A DNA stretch of 64,000 nucleotides, taken from assembly GCA_951406725.2 (NCBI GenBank), contig OX597836.1, positions 18,476,001 through 18,540,000 of the forward strand, read 5' to 3'. The notes under the pieces are model-generated. The model was not told the origin of the DNA, did no database searches, and saw only the letters and a program-made list of their open reading frames with translations. The position numbers and the translations under genes were made by a program. Source of the DNA: Octopus vulgaris (lineage: Eukaryota). Shown piece after piece: positions 41,603 through 55,880 of this stretch (positions within the stretch are counted from its first letter, which is position 1; the number at the start of each line of letters is the position of its first letter).

Positions 41603-41915
41603 TGTGGAGGCGCAATGGCCCAGTGGTTTAGAGCAGCGGACTCGCGGTCGTAGGTTCGCGGATTCCCAGACCGGGCGCTGTGTTTATTGAGTGAAAACAC
41701 CTAAAGCTCCACGAAGCTCCGGCAGGGGGTGGGGGTGGTCCCTGCTGTACTCTGTCGCCACAACTTTCTCTCACTTTTTCTTCTGTTGGCTTGTTCGCTT
41801 AGCCAACGGGATGGCGTCATTCGAAAGCTAAAACAGTACGAACCGCATTGTGACCAGCGATGTGTAGCAACATCTGATAGCCTGGTCGGTCATGGTGGTG
41901 GTGGTGGTGGTGGTG
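41603..41915 (+). mobile_element. SINE family C, tail type 2, with (GGT)n tail
   Basis: Same head and 5' body as 20533 up to CACAACTTTCTCTCACT, then an unrelated 3' part. TSD AATATCTTAC(TG) at 41593 and 41916. Confidence 0.88.
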
Positions 41916-41967
41916 AATATCTTACTGCTTAGATTCGAACCAAATACTTATGTTATTTGTGTTCAAA

Positions 41968-42062
41968 ATTAAGTACCAGCTACGCACTGCGGTCGATGTA
42001 ATCGACTTGATCCGTTCGTCTGTCCCCTCTATGTGTAGCCCCTTGTGGGTAATAAAGAAATA
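41968..42062 (+). mobile_element. 5'-truncated SINE family B
   Basis: ATTAAGTACCAG...AGCCCCTTGTGGGTAATAAAGAAA; 14-bp TSD TATTTGTGTTCAAA at 41954-41967 and 42063-42076. Confidence 0.87.
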
Positions 42063-43089
42063 TATTTGTGTTCAAATAGTGTTCAATGAAAATATAAATA
42101 CAAATACAATAGTGAATAAATAAAAAAATAAAAATGTATTACTCTACGTAGTAAAAAAACTGGCACCCATAAATCTGTTTTGTATTAAACAAATAAGAGA
42201 GTCTATTGGTCATATTTAAAAAGCGTTCCATTTATTTAAGTATCATTAACGGTAATGTAATATGTAAGAAAGAAAGAAAGAAACAAACAAACAAACAAAC
42301 AAATATTTAAAAAAACTGAGTTAGTATGCTATGTGTATAAATAAAAGAGGAAGGAAAAATATCTTATATCAAAGAAAAAATTTATAGTTATTTTAAAATT
42401 TAAGGGATACAATGCTCATGTGTGCAACTTATAATGTAATATATAAATAAAGGAAGAAAGAAACAAAATAAAAGCACAGAGTTATTATGTGCATAAATAA
42501 AAGAGCAAGAAAAATCTCTTATATCAAGGGGAGGTAAATATGAGTAGTTACTTTATCCAGGGAATAATAGAAAATATATAGAAAAATTATCATAGTTAAA
42601 AATATACATGTATATTTTAAATATATAAAGGTTTTTTAAATAAATATATCTATATATAATAGTTTAATAAATAAAATAGCTGGATAAATAATATTAGTTT
42701 AAGTAATACATTGGGGGAGGGTATATATTAATATTAAGTAGGGGGAAAATTTACAAATTCGTTTTCATTATATTAATAAGTAAAGGGGGAATATAAATTA
42801 GCAATATTAAATTAAATTAATAATTACTAATTTTAGGGAATTAAGTGAGAAATGTAAAATTGTAAAAGTGTATTCGAAGAAAATAAAGAGAAAACATATA
42901 GAAGAGATATAATGCATTAATATAGGCATAAAAGTAGTAATCAAAATAATTTTTTAAAAAGGGATTATTTTTAAAATTAAAATAAATATAAATATAAATC
43001 TTTATTTAAAGTATTAAATATGGGATTAATAATAGAAAACCGAATAGGCCCTATTAATAAGTAGCATAATTTATCAACAGTGTAGTAAA

Positions 43090-43518
43090 TAAAAGTGGTA
43101 GCATGGGTTCATTCATCAGTAGGATTAATAGAGGAATAGTACTTTTCAATATCTATGTGTAAGAATTTATATTTACCTTTATTTTGAATATTGGAAAACT
43201 AGCTGATTGCTTTTTGTATGTTAGACCATAATTTTATTATTTTATTTCTAAGGTTCGGTATGTATTTATCTAAAATAATTTTACTAAGTTTACTTAAATC
43301 TAATTTCCCTTGACATATTAACCTAACCTAAGGGTTGGTTAGGAAATTCTATTTATGATCTTTAAGTGTGATTCGGGGTCTTATAGGTGTAAAAGGTTCT
43401 GTTTCGTCATCAATGTTATATTCAAACATAATCTTCTTTGCATCTAAATTAATTAATCTAAGAGTGTTTTTCCTAACTATTTTATCTTTTTTTGTGATTT
43501 TTTTATGGATTAATTTAT
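43090..43518 (-). mobile_element. Penelope-like element reverse transcriptase N-terminal fragment (Naiad-like), pseudogenised
   Basis: Minus: LINLDAKKIMFEYNIDDETEPFTPIRPRITLKDHK*NFLTNP*VRLICQGKLDLSKLSKIILDKYIPNLRNKIIKLWSNIQKAIS*FSNIQNKGKYKFLHIDIEKYYSSI. Matches ITLKDHKxNF..P..RLI.P.KS..G..SK.ILD...W.N......WF.....F..FDI..FYPSI; one frame, three TAG stops. Confidence 0.88.
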
Positions 43519-43636
43519 GGCATGTATCAATGTTATGTATGTATGTATGTATGTTTGTATGTATGTTTGTATGTATGTATGTATGTATGTATGTATGTAT
43601 GTATGTATGTATGTATGTATGTATGTATGTATGTAT

Positions 43637-43800
43637 GCGACGAGTTTCTGCACAGTTTCCGTCTATGAGATTAAGTCACAAGGCATTGGTTTACTCAGAG
43701 GAACGGTAGACGACATTTGCCCAGGGTGCCGCCACACAGTAGGATCAAACCCGAAATCACTTAGTTGCAAAGCGAGCTTTTTAACTACACAGCCATGACA
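43637..43800 (-). mobile_element. SINE family A 5' half, diverged
   Basis: CAGTTTCCGTCTA...TCACAAGGCATTGGT...ACATTTGCCCAGGGTGCC...ACACAGCCA. Confidence 0.78.
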
Positions 43801-44577
43801 TGGATGGAGACTGCAATGGCTGACTACCGTTGGCTTTCCATCGCATGTAAAATACACATTAGTGATCCTGCTTCATAGCTGTTGAAGCAGATATCAACAT
43901 AGGCTTTATTTGATTTGACAGATCAACTACAGGAGAATATTCGAGAAGCTATTATTTCCTTGAACAGATATCTAGACTGGATTTGTGTTACTGTCTTTGA
44001 AATGGTCAGCATAAAATCGTTTAGAAACAGAGAAGAACGAGAGTAGAAGCGACTGGCATCGTTAAAAGATGGCGTGTTTCCAATTCTCATTGAATCCAAA
44101 GTGAAAATTGAGAAGAATCGCTGCTGTGTGTCATAAAATTAAAAAGAGTTTCTTTTAACTATCGTATAATAAAAAATGAAAAGTGAAGCAGAATGGAGTC
44201 ATCAAACAAGACTGCGTATGGTTGTTCCAGCAGCTAAAAATAATAGCCAAACGCATACATGTTATACTATACTGTCTATGATAATAAAAATAATACAGAT
44301 TTGTATATTTTTAAGCATATAAAAATCCAGAACACTATTTTTATTCTCTTTATATTTTTCTTATCAGCATTCAGATATTGCGCACGATCTGTATACTAGA
44401 GTGTACCTGTATGTATATGTTTATGTATATGTCTATATATATATTGATAAAAATGGCAAGACAACGAAAGAAAGAAAGAGACCTCGATATTATGTAAATA
44501 GAGGAATTTATCTGTAAATGTAATATGTGACAATTATTCAGTAGCCAGATTTTTTCATAGCATTTTTCCGATGGTCG

Positions 44578-44638
44578 GATAACTGAAGATATGGCGGCGT
44601 GGATTTCCACTTCGGCATCCGAAACTCGGAGTTTTATC
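44578..44638 (+). ncRNA. Hammerhead ribozyme motif with long stem II, enclosed by 29-bp inverted repeats
   Basis: GATAA-CTGAAGA-[tatggcggcgtggatttccacttcggcatcc]-GAAA-CTCGGAG-TT-TTATC. Inverted repeats at 44519-44547 and 44640-44668 (1 mismatch). Confidence 0.7.
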
Positions 44639-44823
44639 ATGGCTACCGAATAATTGTCACATATTACACTTACAGATATATATAAATATATATATATATA
44701 TACTAAAGAAAAATGTTGGGTAACGCCGAATCAGTGCGAGATGAGATATAAAGTAACCTACAAAAAGAAGAGAAAGTTTTTCCTTGCTTTTCTATATTTT
44801 GGGGTTATGACTCTTTGTTTACA

Positions 44824-44861
44824 TGTCCTGAAGAAGGGATCATAACCCTGAAACATAGACA
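44824..44861 (+). ncRNA. Minimal hammerhead ribozyme motif within a diverged fold-back (44735-44927)
   Basis: TGTC-CTGAAGA-AGGG-atcataa-CCCT-GAAA-CA-TA-GACA; a degenerate inverted copy lies at 44791-44816. Confidence 0.7.
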
Positions 44862-45090
44862 CACAAGGTAAAACTTCAAGTTTATTACGTTTCCTTTTTT
44901 GTACATTGTTTTATATCCCATCTCGCATTTTTCAGGTTGATTTTTGTCGAGCCTTTCTATCCTGTTGTTTGATGTCCTCTTTTTCTTTTCTGGTGGTTTC
45001 GAAGTTTTGATTTTGGTTGAGATGGAACACAGCCACCTGGTCCGGTCACGGGTTTGTTTCAACCGATTTAGGCTCAATTCCAGTGGCATT

Positions 45091-45250
45091 TAAAATATGC
45101 AAGAACTTTATATATACATATATATATATAAGAACTGATATGTGTATATATTTGTGCAAATAATATCTTACTGTGGAGGCGCAATGGCCCAGTGGTTAGA
45201 GCAGCGGACTCGCGGTCGTAGGTTCGCGTATTCCCAGACCGGGCAGTGTG
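45091..45250 (+). repeat. Duplicate of 41500-41680 (unique flank plus 5' end of SINE family C)
   Basis: Identical upstream flank AAGAACTGATATGTGTATATATTTGTGCAAATAATATCTTAC and the same private deletion in the SINE T-arm. Confidence 0.9.
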
Positions 45251-46081
45251 GCTTTGAGTTGGTCCTTGTATCTTCCAAGGTCAATACAATGAATAAGCAG
45301 CTCTACTACTCGAACAACTCGTCATTGACCTCCACTGAGGTTCGTTTATTTAAGTACGAATTTAATGTGTGATGGTTTGTGTAAGTGTTAACTACGGTGT
45401 GAATAAAATACTAATGATTTAGGTTTATAAAACTAACGAAACCGTTAAGGTTTTTTTGTTTCGTTTTTTTTTTGTTTTTGTTATGAAAAATGTTATAAAG
45501 AAATTGGAGACTTATTTTCTATCCAATAAATAGACTAATGAAAACACCTGATGCTCTTGGTTACTTCGACCTTTGATACGGAGAGAAATACAGAGACAGG
45601 GGAAAGAGGAAGGGGAGGGATGAGTTGGAAGGAGAAGGATGAGTTGAAAGGTCAGGGCGAGTGGGAAGGAGAGGGAGAGAACAGGGAGGGAGAGGGGGAG
45701 AGGGGAGAGAGAGAATTACAGGGAGCCAGGGAGAGAGAATCAGAGAGAGAGAGAGCGTCACAGAAAAAGAATGACAGACACAATCACATACACAAACAAG
45801 CAAAAGTACATGCATACAGACAGACGCATACACACACACATATATACATACACACACATACATACATACATACATACACACATACATACATACATACATA
45901 CATACAAAAAAACACACATACATGCAAATACACATTCAGACACATGCAGAAACAAACATTCATTCATACATCAAGGGTGTTTATACTCAAATTGTATGTA
46001 TGCTTATTTGCACGCATGATATATCTACAACTAATTGCATGAATGTTTATTCATACACGCACGTACATAGTACGCACTTAC

Positions 46082-46198
<117 letters not shown>

Positions 46199-46437
46199 GA
46201 GCGAGAGAGAGAGAGAGAGAGAGAAAGATACTCGGCTTCACTCATACATACATACATACACAAACTCCCATAAACACGCACATATATGCATACGATGCAT
46301 TCATATAAGCGCATATGCAAATAAGGATATGTATACATGTGTATAAGTATATATATATATATATATATATGCATATATATATATATATATATATATGTGT
46401 GAGAGTATATATATATATTTGTATGTATGTATGTATG

Positions 46438-46477
<40 letters not shown>

Positions 46478-46555
46478 TGTGTGTGTCAACAATATTAATA
46501 AGGATTACTACGAAGTTGCGTAGCATTACCTCTAATTCTTTAATTTATATTATAC

Positions 46556-46615
<60 letters not shown>

Positions 46616-47159
46616 ATTTATATACTATATACATGCACACATATATACACACATATGCATGCATACACATGAAATACATCCAATACTCCATATATATATA
46701 CAGATACATATATACATATAGACTAGCATGTATAGATATACGCATACATAAACCTGTGTGCATGCATACACACTTAATGCATTCATCAGTTCATACGTAT
46801 GTATGTGTACATCCATACATATATCCATGCATATATACATGCGTACATACATACATACATGCATGCATGCTAGAGGTGTATATCTGGATCAGCTGCAATA
46901 AGCGTTTCGTGACAAGATCAAAATGCAAAGAATGATATTCTCTAAAGATAAAGAAGAACAAGAATAATGCTGGAATAATAGAAGAGTACAAACTATACAA
47001 TGTGTACACACGCATGCACATCTTGCATGCACGCACGCATACACACACAAACACACAGATATATACATGGATGCACGTGTATTGCATGTATATATATATA
47101 TGTATATGTATATATGTCGTTATCTAGGTGTGTGTGTGTGTGTGTTTGTGTGTGTGTGT

Positions 47160-47195
<36 letters not shown>

Positions 47196-47319
47196 GTGTG
47201 TGTTTATCTGAACAGTCAAGTCTCCTTATTTATGAAAAAAAGCTGAATAAGGGTTCTTGCCTGCAGCATATTACCATCACATCTCGTTGCTAACATTACT
47301 AGTAAACACCATCATGTAT

Positions 47320-47572
47320 ACTACCACCAGTACCATCATCATCACCACCACCACCACTATCACCACCACCACCAACAACAACAACAACAACAACAACAAC
47401 AGCAGCAGCAGCAGCATTGTCATCATCATAACAAGTAACGACGTCATCACCATCATTATCGCCATCACCCCTGACATCGCCGCCAACAATGTACGATAGT
47501 ATCGTCTCCATTCTGCTCACTTGCACCAGCACCGGCCCCAGGAACACAACACCATCAACAAAATCTTCATCG

Positions 47573-47663
<91 letters not shown>

Positions 47664-48010
47664 CCTCATCCACCTCATCCTCATCATCATCATCATCATC
47701 CTCATCATCATCATCATCATCATCATCGTCATCACCACCAGCAGCATCATCATCATCATCATCATCATCATCACCGATCATCACAACCACCAGCATCGCC
47801 AGCATCGCTACCAACATCACCACCACCACCAACAACGTCACCACTACCACCGGAAGCACGAAGCCATTGTCAACACTAACACCAACAACAACACTAATAC
47901 TTCCTTCATCAACACAACCGCCACAATACCACAATATCCTAAAGACTGCCACCGCCAACGACAACCACCGACACCACCAACAATAATAACAACAACAACA
48001 AAAACAACGT
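47320..48010. repeat. (CAT)n/(CAC)n/(CAA)n trinucleotide region
   Basis: Direct inspection; source of the poly-D/S/M/I ORFs. Confidence 0.95.
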
Positions 48011-48255
48011 ATAACTACAGGTGATTTTCGTGATATAACAAAAAGCGGGCGCCATTTTCTTTATTTTTCGTGTATTTCCTCACACTTACTTTTTAAAAAA
48101 ACATTGAAAACCAGAACACGATTTCTTGCTCCTTTTTATAGATTTCTTATCAGAATTTCGACTTCAAACATAAAACTGTCTTGCTAGAAAGTATCTGTTG
48201 CCGTTGTAAGAAAACATACACACACACACACACATGCGTGTATCTATATATATAA

Positions 48256-48670
48256 AGGCGGTGAACTGGCAGAATCGTTAGCACACCGGGCTGGAATGCT
48301 TAGCGGTATTTCGTCTGTCGTTACCTTCTGAGTTCAAATTCCGCCGAGGTCGACTTTGCCTTTCATCCTTCCGGGGTCGATAAATAAAAGTACCAGTTTC
48401 GCACTGGGGTCGATGTAATTGACTTAATCCCTTTGTCTGTCCTTGTTTGTCCCCTCTGTTTTTAGCCCCTTGTGGGTAATAAAGAAATAGGTATTTCGTC
48501 TGTCGTTACGTTCTGAGTTCAAATTCCGCCGAGGTCGACTTTGCCTTTCATCCTTCCGGGGGTCGATAAATAAAAGTACCAGTTTCGCACTGGGGTTGAT
48601 GTAATCGACTTAATCCCTTTGTCTGTCCTTGTTTGTCCTCTCTATGTTTAGCCCCTTGTGGGTAATAAAG

Positions 48671-48673
<3 letters not shown>
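48256..48673 (+). mobile_element. SINE family B: one head plus two tandem body units, in a (TA)n tract
   Basis: AGGCGGTGAACTGGCAGAATCG head; unit junction AAAGAAATAG|GTATTTCGTC at 48490/48491. Confidence 0.92.
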
Positions 48674-48710
<37 letters not shown>

Positions 48711-48877
48711 CTAATCCAAACATGAATAAGAATAATTGTTCAAGGCTGTGCCCCAGCATGGTCGCAGTCAAATAACTGAAACACGTAAAGCTTGAAAGAT
48801 AAGTACACATACTACACACACACACATGCACACAGACACACACACGCACATATATGTATGTGTGTATATGTATGAGT

Positions 48878-48953
<76 letters not shown>

Positions 48954-49009
48954 TTATGTATATATATATATGTATATGTATGTATATATATATATATACA
49001 TATATATAT

Positions 49010-49112
<103 letters not shown>

Positions 49113-49113
49113 A

Positions 49114-49180
49114 CAGGGGTTGGACAAAATAATGGAAACTCCTAGCTTCATAGCATCATAACTTAGAAATATCTATAAAA
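49114..49180 (+). mobile_element. Tc1-like terminal inverted repeat fragment
   Basis: TA|CAGGGGTTGGACAAAATAATGGAAAC, a typical Tc1-type end; partner TIR not seen. Confidence 0.55.
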
Positions 49181-50150
49181 CTCCCATTGCGATTCTGGTA
49201 GAACTTCATCAGCAATGTGTAAAAGCAATCTGTCCAGCATTACCCTAGAGAGGACCTTTCCAGCAACAGCTAACAGACAGATGCCGCGATAATTATCAAA
49301 GACATCCTTTCCACCTTTAGATTTATATAGTATCTCCATATTTGATTCGTGCCCTTTCGGAGGAACCTCTTCACTTTGCCAAACCCTCTGAATCACATCC
49401 GTCAATATTGTACAGAGATAATCACCACCATATTTATATTTCTCTCCACCTAGTCCATCCTTACAAGGGGGCCTTTCCATTGTTCAATTTCCTGATGGCT
49501 GATTTTATTTCAACCAGGTTTGGACCTTCGGCTATAAGATGTTTTGTTGGCCTCTCAGGTATGTTAAGAAAAGAGGTCAACTTCAGTGGGTCTATTGAGC
49601 AACACATCAAAATGTTCTTTCCATCTCCCGACAGTATCTTTAGGATTTGTTAATAATTCTGTGCCATTCTTGCTCCGAAGCGGCGCAACCTTTGATGAAA
49701 CTTTTTCTAGAGAGTAAAAACTTTGGAATTGTTAGCGTTTGAAGCTTCTTGGATTTCATCGCATCTATCACTCCATCAATTTTCCTGCATCATCCTCAGC
49801 TTCCTCCCCATTGTTGCTTTTACCGCCTTGAAATATGTAGCCACTGTCCTGTTCGCTGACATGTAAACATTTTGCTACATGTTAAATACCTTGCGCTTCT
49901 CCTCTAAGATAAGACTAACTTCATCTTTATCGTCAAACCAATCTTGATATTTTTTTACAACAAAGCCAAGAATGTTACTACAAACCTTATATGTTCTTTC
50001 TTTGAATGTCTTCCAGCTTCCATCACAGGACAAATTATTTATCTCACCCACAAACTCACTGCGTACTAACGAAATCTTAAGTTTATTGGCATCAATCCGT
50101 TTAGGTAACTTGTTATTATTTGCTGTAACCTTAGGCTTGGCAACAAAATT
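49180..50150 (-). mobile_element. RTE-clade LINE fragment (endonuclease-RT linker plus RT domains 0-2), pseudogenised
   Basis: KKYQDWFDD..., then KDGLGGEKYKYGG...LYKSKG.K...DNYRGICLLAVAGKVLSRVMLDRL...VLPESQ; frameshifts and stops. Confidence 0.93.
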
Positions 50151-50196
50151 CACACATACATACATACATACATACATACATACATACATACATACA

Positions 50197-50229
<33 letters not shown>

Positions 50230-50839
50230 GTGTATAATTAGATGCACGACTATCACTATTGAGTTTAGAGCTCCACATAGAGTATCATCATCGAGCAGTT
50301 TGCTTCCAGTATAGTGGTGTGGTTATAAATATGCTAAACAGCATTAATAGCTAATGATACACAGAGCAAGTATAGGAGAAATGAAAGACAGAAGTTTATA
50401 TGATTTGCTTTTTACGTACGTTTTACCAATGTCATCATTTGCAACCTCTGCATTTAAATTCTACAAGACATCTGCTGTAAATAAACATAACAGTAAAAAG
50501 TACATAGGCAAGAAATGCCATAAAATGGCGCTTATCATTACTCCTCATACACACACATACACATATAAGAATACATTATATAACAAGTAAAAAACGTATA
50601 ATTGTATAAAGTCCACTAAAGGGCTATAAAAACAAAAGCGAGAATTTAGAGAGAGGTATATTATTAGAAAGTTATTTAGATTAATGGAAATAAAATTAAC
50701 TCGTGTACACTAAAAGCGCCGTGTTCAATTTACCTGTACACACACATACACATCCAACTTCTTTTCATTTATATGTATAGTTCATTCATATTTTTTAGTA
50801 TGAGCGTAGCTATAGATTTAAATATATATACATATATGT

Positions 50840-50918
<79 letters not shown>

Positions 50919-51059
50919 ATTTTATTGCATGTTCATTCGAAAAAGCACCAGGCGATTCAAAAGATTTTCTTTTTCTCTTGTACACTCGTCTCTCCCTTCT
51001 TCAGCCAGCTTCGTTTACATTTTACTACAATAATCACTTCTAATTCAACTGCAACCATT

Positions 51060-51088
51060 ACTATTATTGCTGATACTACTACTACTAT

Positions 51089-51126
<38 letters not shown>

Positions 51127-51132
51127 TTTATC

Positions 51133-51186
<54 letters not shown>

Positions 51187-51517
51187 GTAATAATAATGAT
51201 AATAATAATATTCTCCTAATAATAAGATACGGAGGAAAAGAACGAGAAATAAGAGGAGAAAAAGAAGAAGAAGAAAAAGAAGAAGAAGAAAATATTAATA
51301 ATTATTGTAATAATAGTCATTATAGTAGTGAGACTATTAATAGCTGATGTAATAATAAATGTAGTAGTAACATATAATGTTAACAAAAAAAGATAATGAT
51401 TCTACCATTAATAGTAGCTATGATGCTGACAATTGCTACGATAATAATAACCATAACAACAACAACAACAACAACGATGACGACGACGGCGACGACGATG
51501 ATGACGGTGATGATGAC

Positions 51518-51603
<86 letters not shown>

Positions 51604-51612
51604 CGATGATGA
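51060..51612. repeat. (ACT)n/(AAT)n/(GAT)n trinucleotide tracts
   Basis: Direct inspection. Confidence 0.93.
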
Positions 51613-52222
51613 TTTCTTTTGCTTTAGTTCGATTCTTCTAGTTTGCAAAGAACTAGAAAAAAAAAAAAAGTATTCTCGTTTTGTCTATTATTTCTAGTTT
51701 TTCATTATTTTTTTCTTACGTAAAAATATGCTTTGCTTTTTTTTTTGTTTGTTTGTGTTTCTTTTTTATATATATATTTGTTTCTTCTGTTATCCTTTAC
51801 TGAAGAATGAAAAGAAACAGGAAATACTTCACACAGTTTTTTTTTTCGCTTCCATGTTTCCCTTCCTTATTCTTATACAAGCTGTTATTATCTTTCTGCT
51901 TCTTTTTCATTTTCTTCTTCTTCTCTCCTCCTTCTTCTTCGCCGCCTTGCCTTCTTCGCCGCCTTGCCTTCTTCTTCTTCTTATCCTTTCTCCTTTTTCT
52001 CCCCTTTCTTCGTTCATTTTTATAATTTAATAATTTGCACTTTTCGTTTTAGAGCTTGTGTTTCTACTGATCACGAACCATTTACATTAGCAACCACATA
52101 CTAGTTTTTCTTCCACAAACAACCATATAACAATAATAATAATGATAATAATAACAATTACTATTATTATTATTATTATCATTATTATTATTATCATTAT
52201 TATTATTACTATTTTATTATCA

Positions 52223-52256
<34 letters not shown>

Positions 52257-52471
52257 CATTATTATTATTATTATTACTATTATCATTATTATTATTATAT
52301 CTCATCTGACACCCTAAAGTGATTCTCTTCATGAACTCACAAACCTGACCCAATGTATATTTGGTTCTTTCTCTGTTTGTTCTTGTTGTTGGTAGTGTTC
52401 TAGTATTACGTAAAGCATGCTTCCCTCTGTAACTTTATAAACTTTTCTGTAAATACCATCTTTAATGTATT

Positions 52472-52505
<34 letters not shown>

Positions 52506-52598
52506 CATATATATATGCACACACGCAGAGACACACGTATATAATACGTACTACACACATGCATACATACATAAATACATACATACATACATATATAC

Positions 52599-52674
<76 letters not shown>

Positions 52675-53632
52675 GTGTGTATGTATATATATATATATAT
52701 ATATATCCTCACACACACACACCTTATGTTCGTATAATTACCAGCACTCAGATTTACACGAAAAATAAGATTTCATGCAATATGTGTGCCTATATGTTTG
52801 TGCGTATGTGTGTGTGTGTGTGAGAATGTGTGTATGTATAGAGTTATATAAATATAAATATATGAATGTATATATATATATGTATATATGTATAAATATA
52901 TATATATGAGTATATGCATATATACGTATGTATATCAATGTGTATGTACAAACATATATGAATATGTATTTACATATATACATACACATTCATGTACATA
53001 TATACACTCATAGTTAGAATTGTAATTATATTCGGTCATAAGCCTTGTAGTATGCTGTGTTAAGCACGTCCGCTGCTATTGACTACCTGATGTCAACAAC
53101 AACAGTGATGCATATGCTACTGTTTTTCATTTTATTCCTTGGTGTTGATGGAGTTTACATAAATGAATCAAATAAAGAAAATATAATTCACGCGATTATT
53201 TTTGAAATCTACCACAAATTATATATTCCTGAAAATAAATCTTAATAGAGCTGGCTGCAATCAAGAGAAAAATGAACAAGGCCCTTCTTTTAAAAGTCAA
53301 CTGAGGATACGCGATCTGCATCTGTGATGCAAGGCAATTGATTGTATAGTATGCCACCTGTGAGATACAGGTGTAGGATAAGTAGAAATAGTTGTCGTAG
53401 GTCTGAATAATCTTGTGAATAGTAAAGTATAATTAGTCATAATTAGTTTTATTTCTTGATCATAAAATGTTAACAGAAATATCGTATATTTCTCTGGTTA
53501 CTTGTTATATGGTGAATGCGAAATATATTGATTTTTCTTATCTAGAAACAGGCACTATTTCTACGACTAGTATGATATGCGCAAAATTATCCATTTTGTA
53601 ATTGGCAGATAGGAGAAGACAGACAGGCAGGC

Positions 53633-53784
<152 letters not shown>

Positions 53785-53987
53785 CGATTGGTAAACAAAG
53801 AGAGAGAGATAGGTTGATGTTTGTGAGGGTTTACATATTGTAAGGCAATGTGTATGTGGGTGTATGTATGCGTGTGAGTATGCATGAGCGGGAGAAATTC
53901 AAGGTAATACACCGGATATATGTATAGAAATATATATATATATATATATGCATTAATGTATATATCTAACTATATGTATATATATAG

Positions 53988-54019
<32 letters not shown>

Positions 54020-54047
54020 TGATAAATATGTATATTCATATATACAC

Positions 54048-54092
<45 letters not shown>

Positions 54093-54612
54093 TATGTAAT
54101 ACACATACGCACTCATATGGACACACGCTCACACAGACACACACGTATCAAATCAGCGTGTGATTTAAGCTTTACAATATATGAATGTAGAGCTTTATTT
54201 CGTTAATACTTAATCTTTCACAATATGGCGGCCATCGCCTTTATTGTCAGGTGCGTGCTCATATTCACAATATGACCATTTATAAATGGATGTGATCTAA
54301 ACCATTTCCCAAGATTTGCTCTTATTATTACAAATATCATTGCTGTTGTTGTGGTGGTTGGTGATGTTGCTTTCTTTGTTGTAGTTTCTCTCTCTATATC
54401 GAAGGCAGAAGCGTGTTGTGAGAAACCGTTACATTGTGCCCCGCTCATGACATTGTCTCCCTTTTCGATATCACTCTTTTGTATTTTTCGCATGTTTCTA
54501 TTTTAAGGTTTCTTATAAATAGCAATGGTGCGTAGTGTAAGACGTTCTTTTTTTCTATATTATCATACAATATGAGAGATAAAAGAGTTTCCCGTGTATG
54601 TGCATAAATATA

Positions 54613-54660
<48 letters not shown>

Positions 54661-55050
54661 TACATGTATATGCAAATATATATATATATATATATTTATA
54701 TATGAAAAGATTCCTACATGCATAGACATTTATATGTAAATGTACGTATATATATATATGCATATATGTATATATAGTTGTATCTATCTGTTTATCTACC
54801 TATAAATCTATCTATCAATGTATATATGTACGCACATATCATATATCTGTCCATAGGCATGTAGTTGTGTGTATGTCTGAGTACTTAAGCAGCAAGGCTA
54901 ATGATACGTATACAATGATAATAAAATAACAAAAAGAACAAGAGCAATAATAATAATCATAATGATAATAATAATAACAATAATAATAATAATAACAATA
55001 ATGATAATAATGAATAATAATAACAATAATGATAATAATGAATAATAATA

Positions 55051-55103
<53 letters not shown>

Positions 55104-55386
55104 AATACAATAAATTCATAAAAACGAAAGTAACATGAAAAGCTGTAAAAGCGAAAGGTCAGAAACGTAATGTATATATGGGGGGGGGGGGGGTGAAAAG
55201 TCTTCCGCTATCAAAGGATTTCTACATTTCTCTCTCGCTCTCTTTCTCTCTCTCTCTCTCCCTCTCTCTCTCCCTCCCGCTCTCTTTCTCTCTCACTCTC
55301 TCTCTCTCTCTCTAACTCTCTCTGAATATTTCTGTGTGTATGCACACCTACATACATACATGCAAATACGCACACACACACACACA

Positions 55387-55423
<37 letters not shown>

Positions 55424-55586
55424 ATAAAGAGAGAGTGACAGACAGTGTAGGGAGATGAAGCGATTTGATTTGATAGGCAGATAGTTAGATGGATAGACAT
55501 ATATGTGTGTACTGTGTGTGTTTGTGATATAAATATATATCTATATGTTTGTATATATAGATCGCTTTAGGAGTCTCTCTCCGTAT

Positions 55587-55631
<45 letters not shown>

Positions 55632-55658
55632 CGTGTGTGTATATGTATGTGTACATGG

Positions 55659-55704
<46 letters not shown>

Positions 55705-55754
55705 GTGCATACATAAATAGGGAGCGAACGAGAGGGGAGAGGAAAAGAGAGGGT

Positions 55755-55775
55755 GAGAAGAAGAAGAAGTAGAAG

Positions 55776-55807
<32 letters not shown>

Positions 55808-55880
55808 GAAGAAGAAGAAGAAGAAGAAGAAGAAGAAGAAGAAGAAGAAGAAGACGAAGAAGAAGAAGAGGAAGAGAGGA
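55755..55880. repeat. (GAA)n microsatellite
   Basis: Direct inspection. Confidence 0.96.

Noticed and set aside
40770-43080. Very AT-rich block as a mitochondrial insertion (NUMT)
   Set aside because: No recognisable mitochondrial gene or rRNA motif; adjacency to the PLE RT suggests retroelement UTR instead.
43105-43125. CTGATGA on the minus strand as an HHR core (also CAGATGAAG at ~11963)
   Set aside because: No stem II or GAAA partner at a suitable distance.
44368-44408. Candidate 41-nt plus-strand exon (pyrimidine tract-CAG ... GTATGT)
   Set aside because: The donor falls in a TATG microsatellite and the peptide is unrecognised.
47299-48024. Poly-Asp/Ser ORFs with a hydrophobic N-terminus (acidic biomineral-protein-like)
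   Set aside because: Overlapping ORFs in four frames over a (CAT)n tract, indistinguishable from the many other trinucleotide tracts here.
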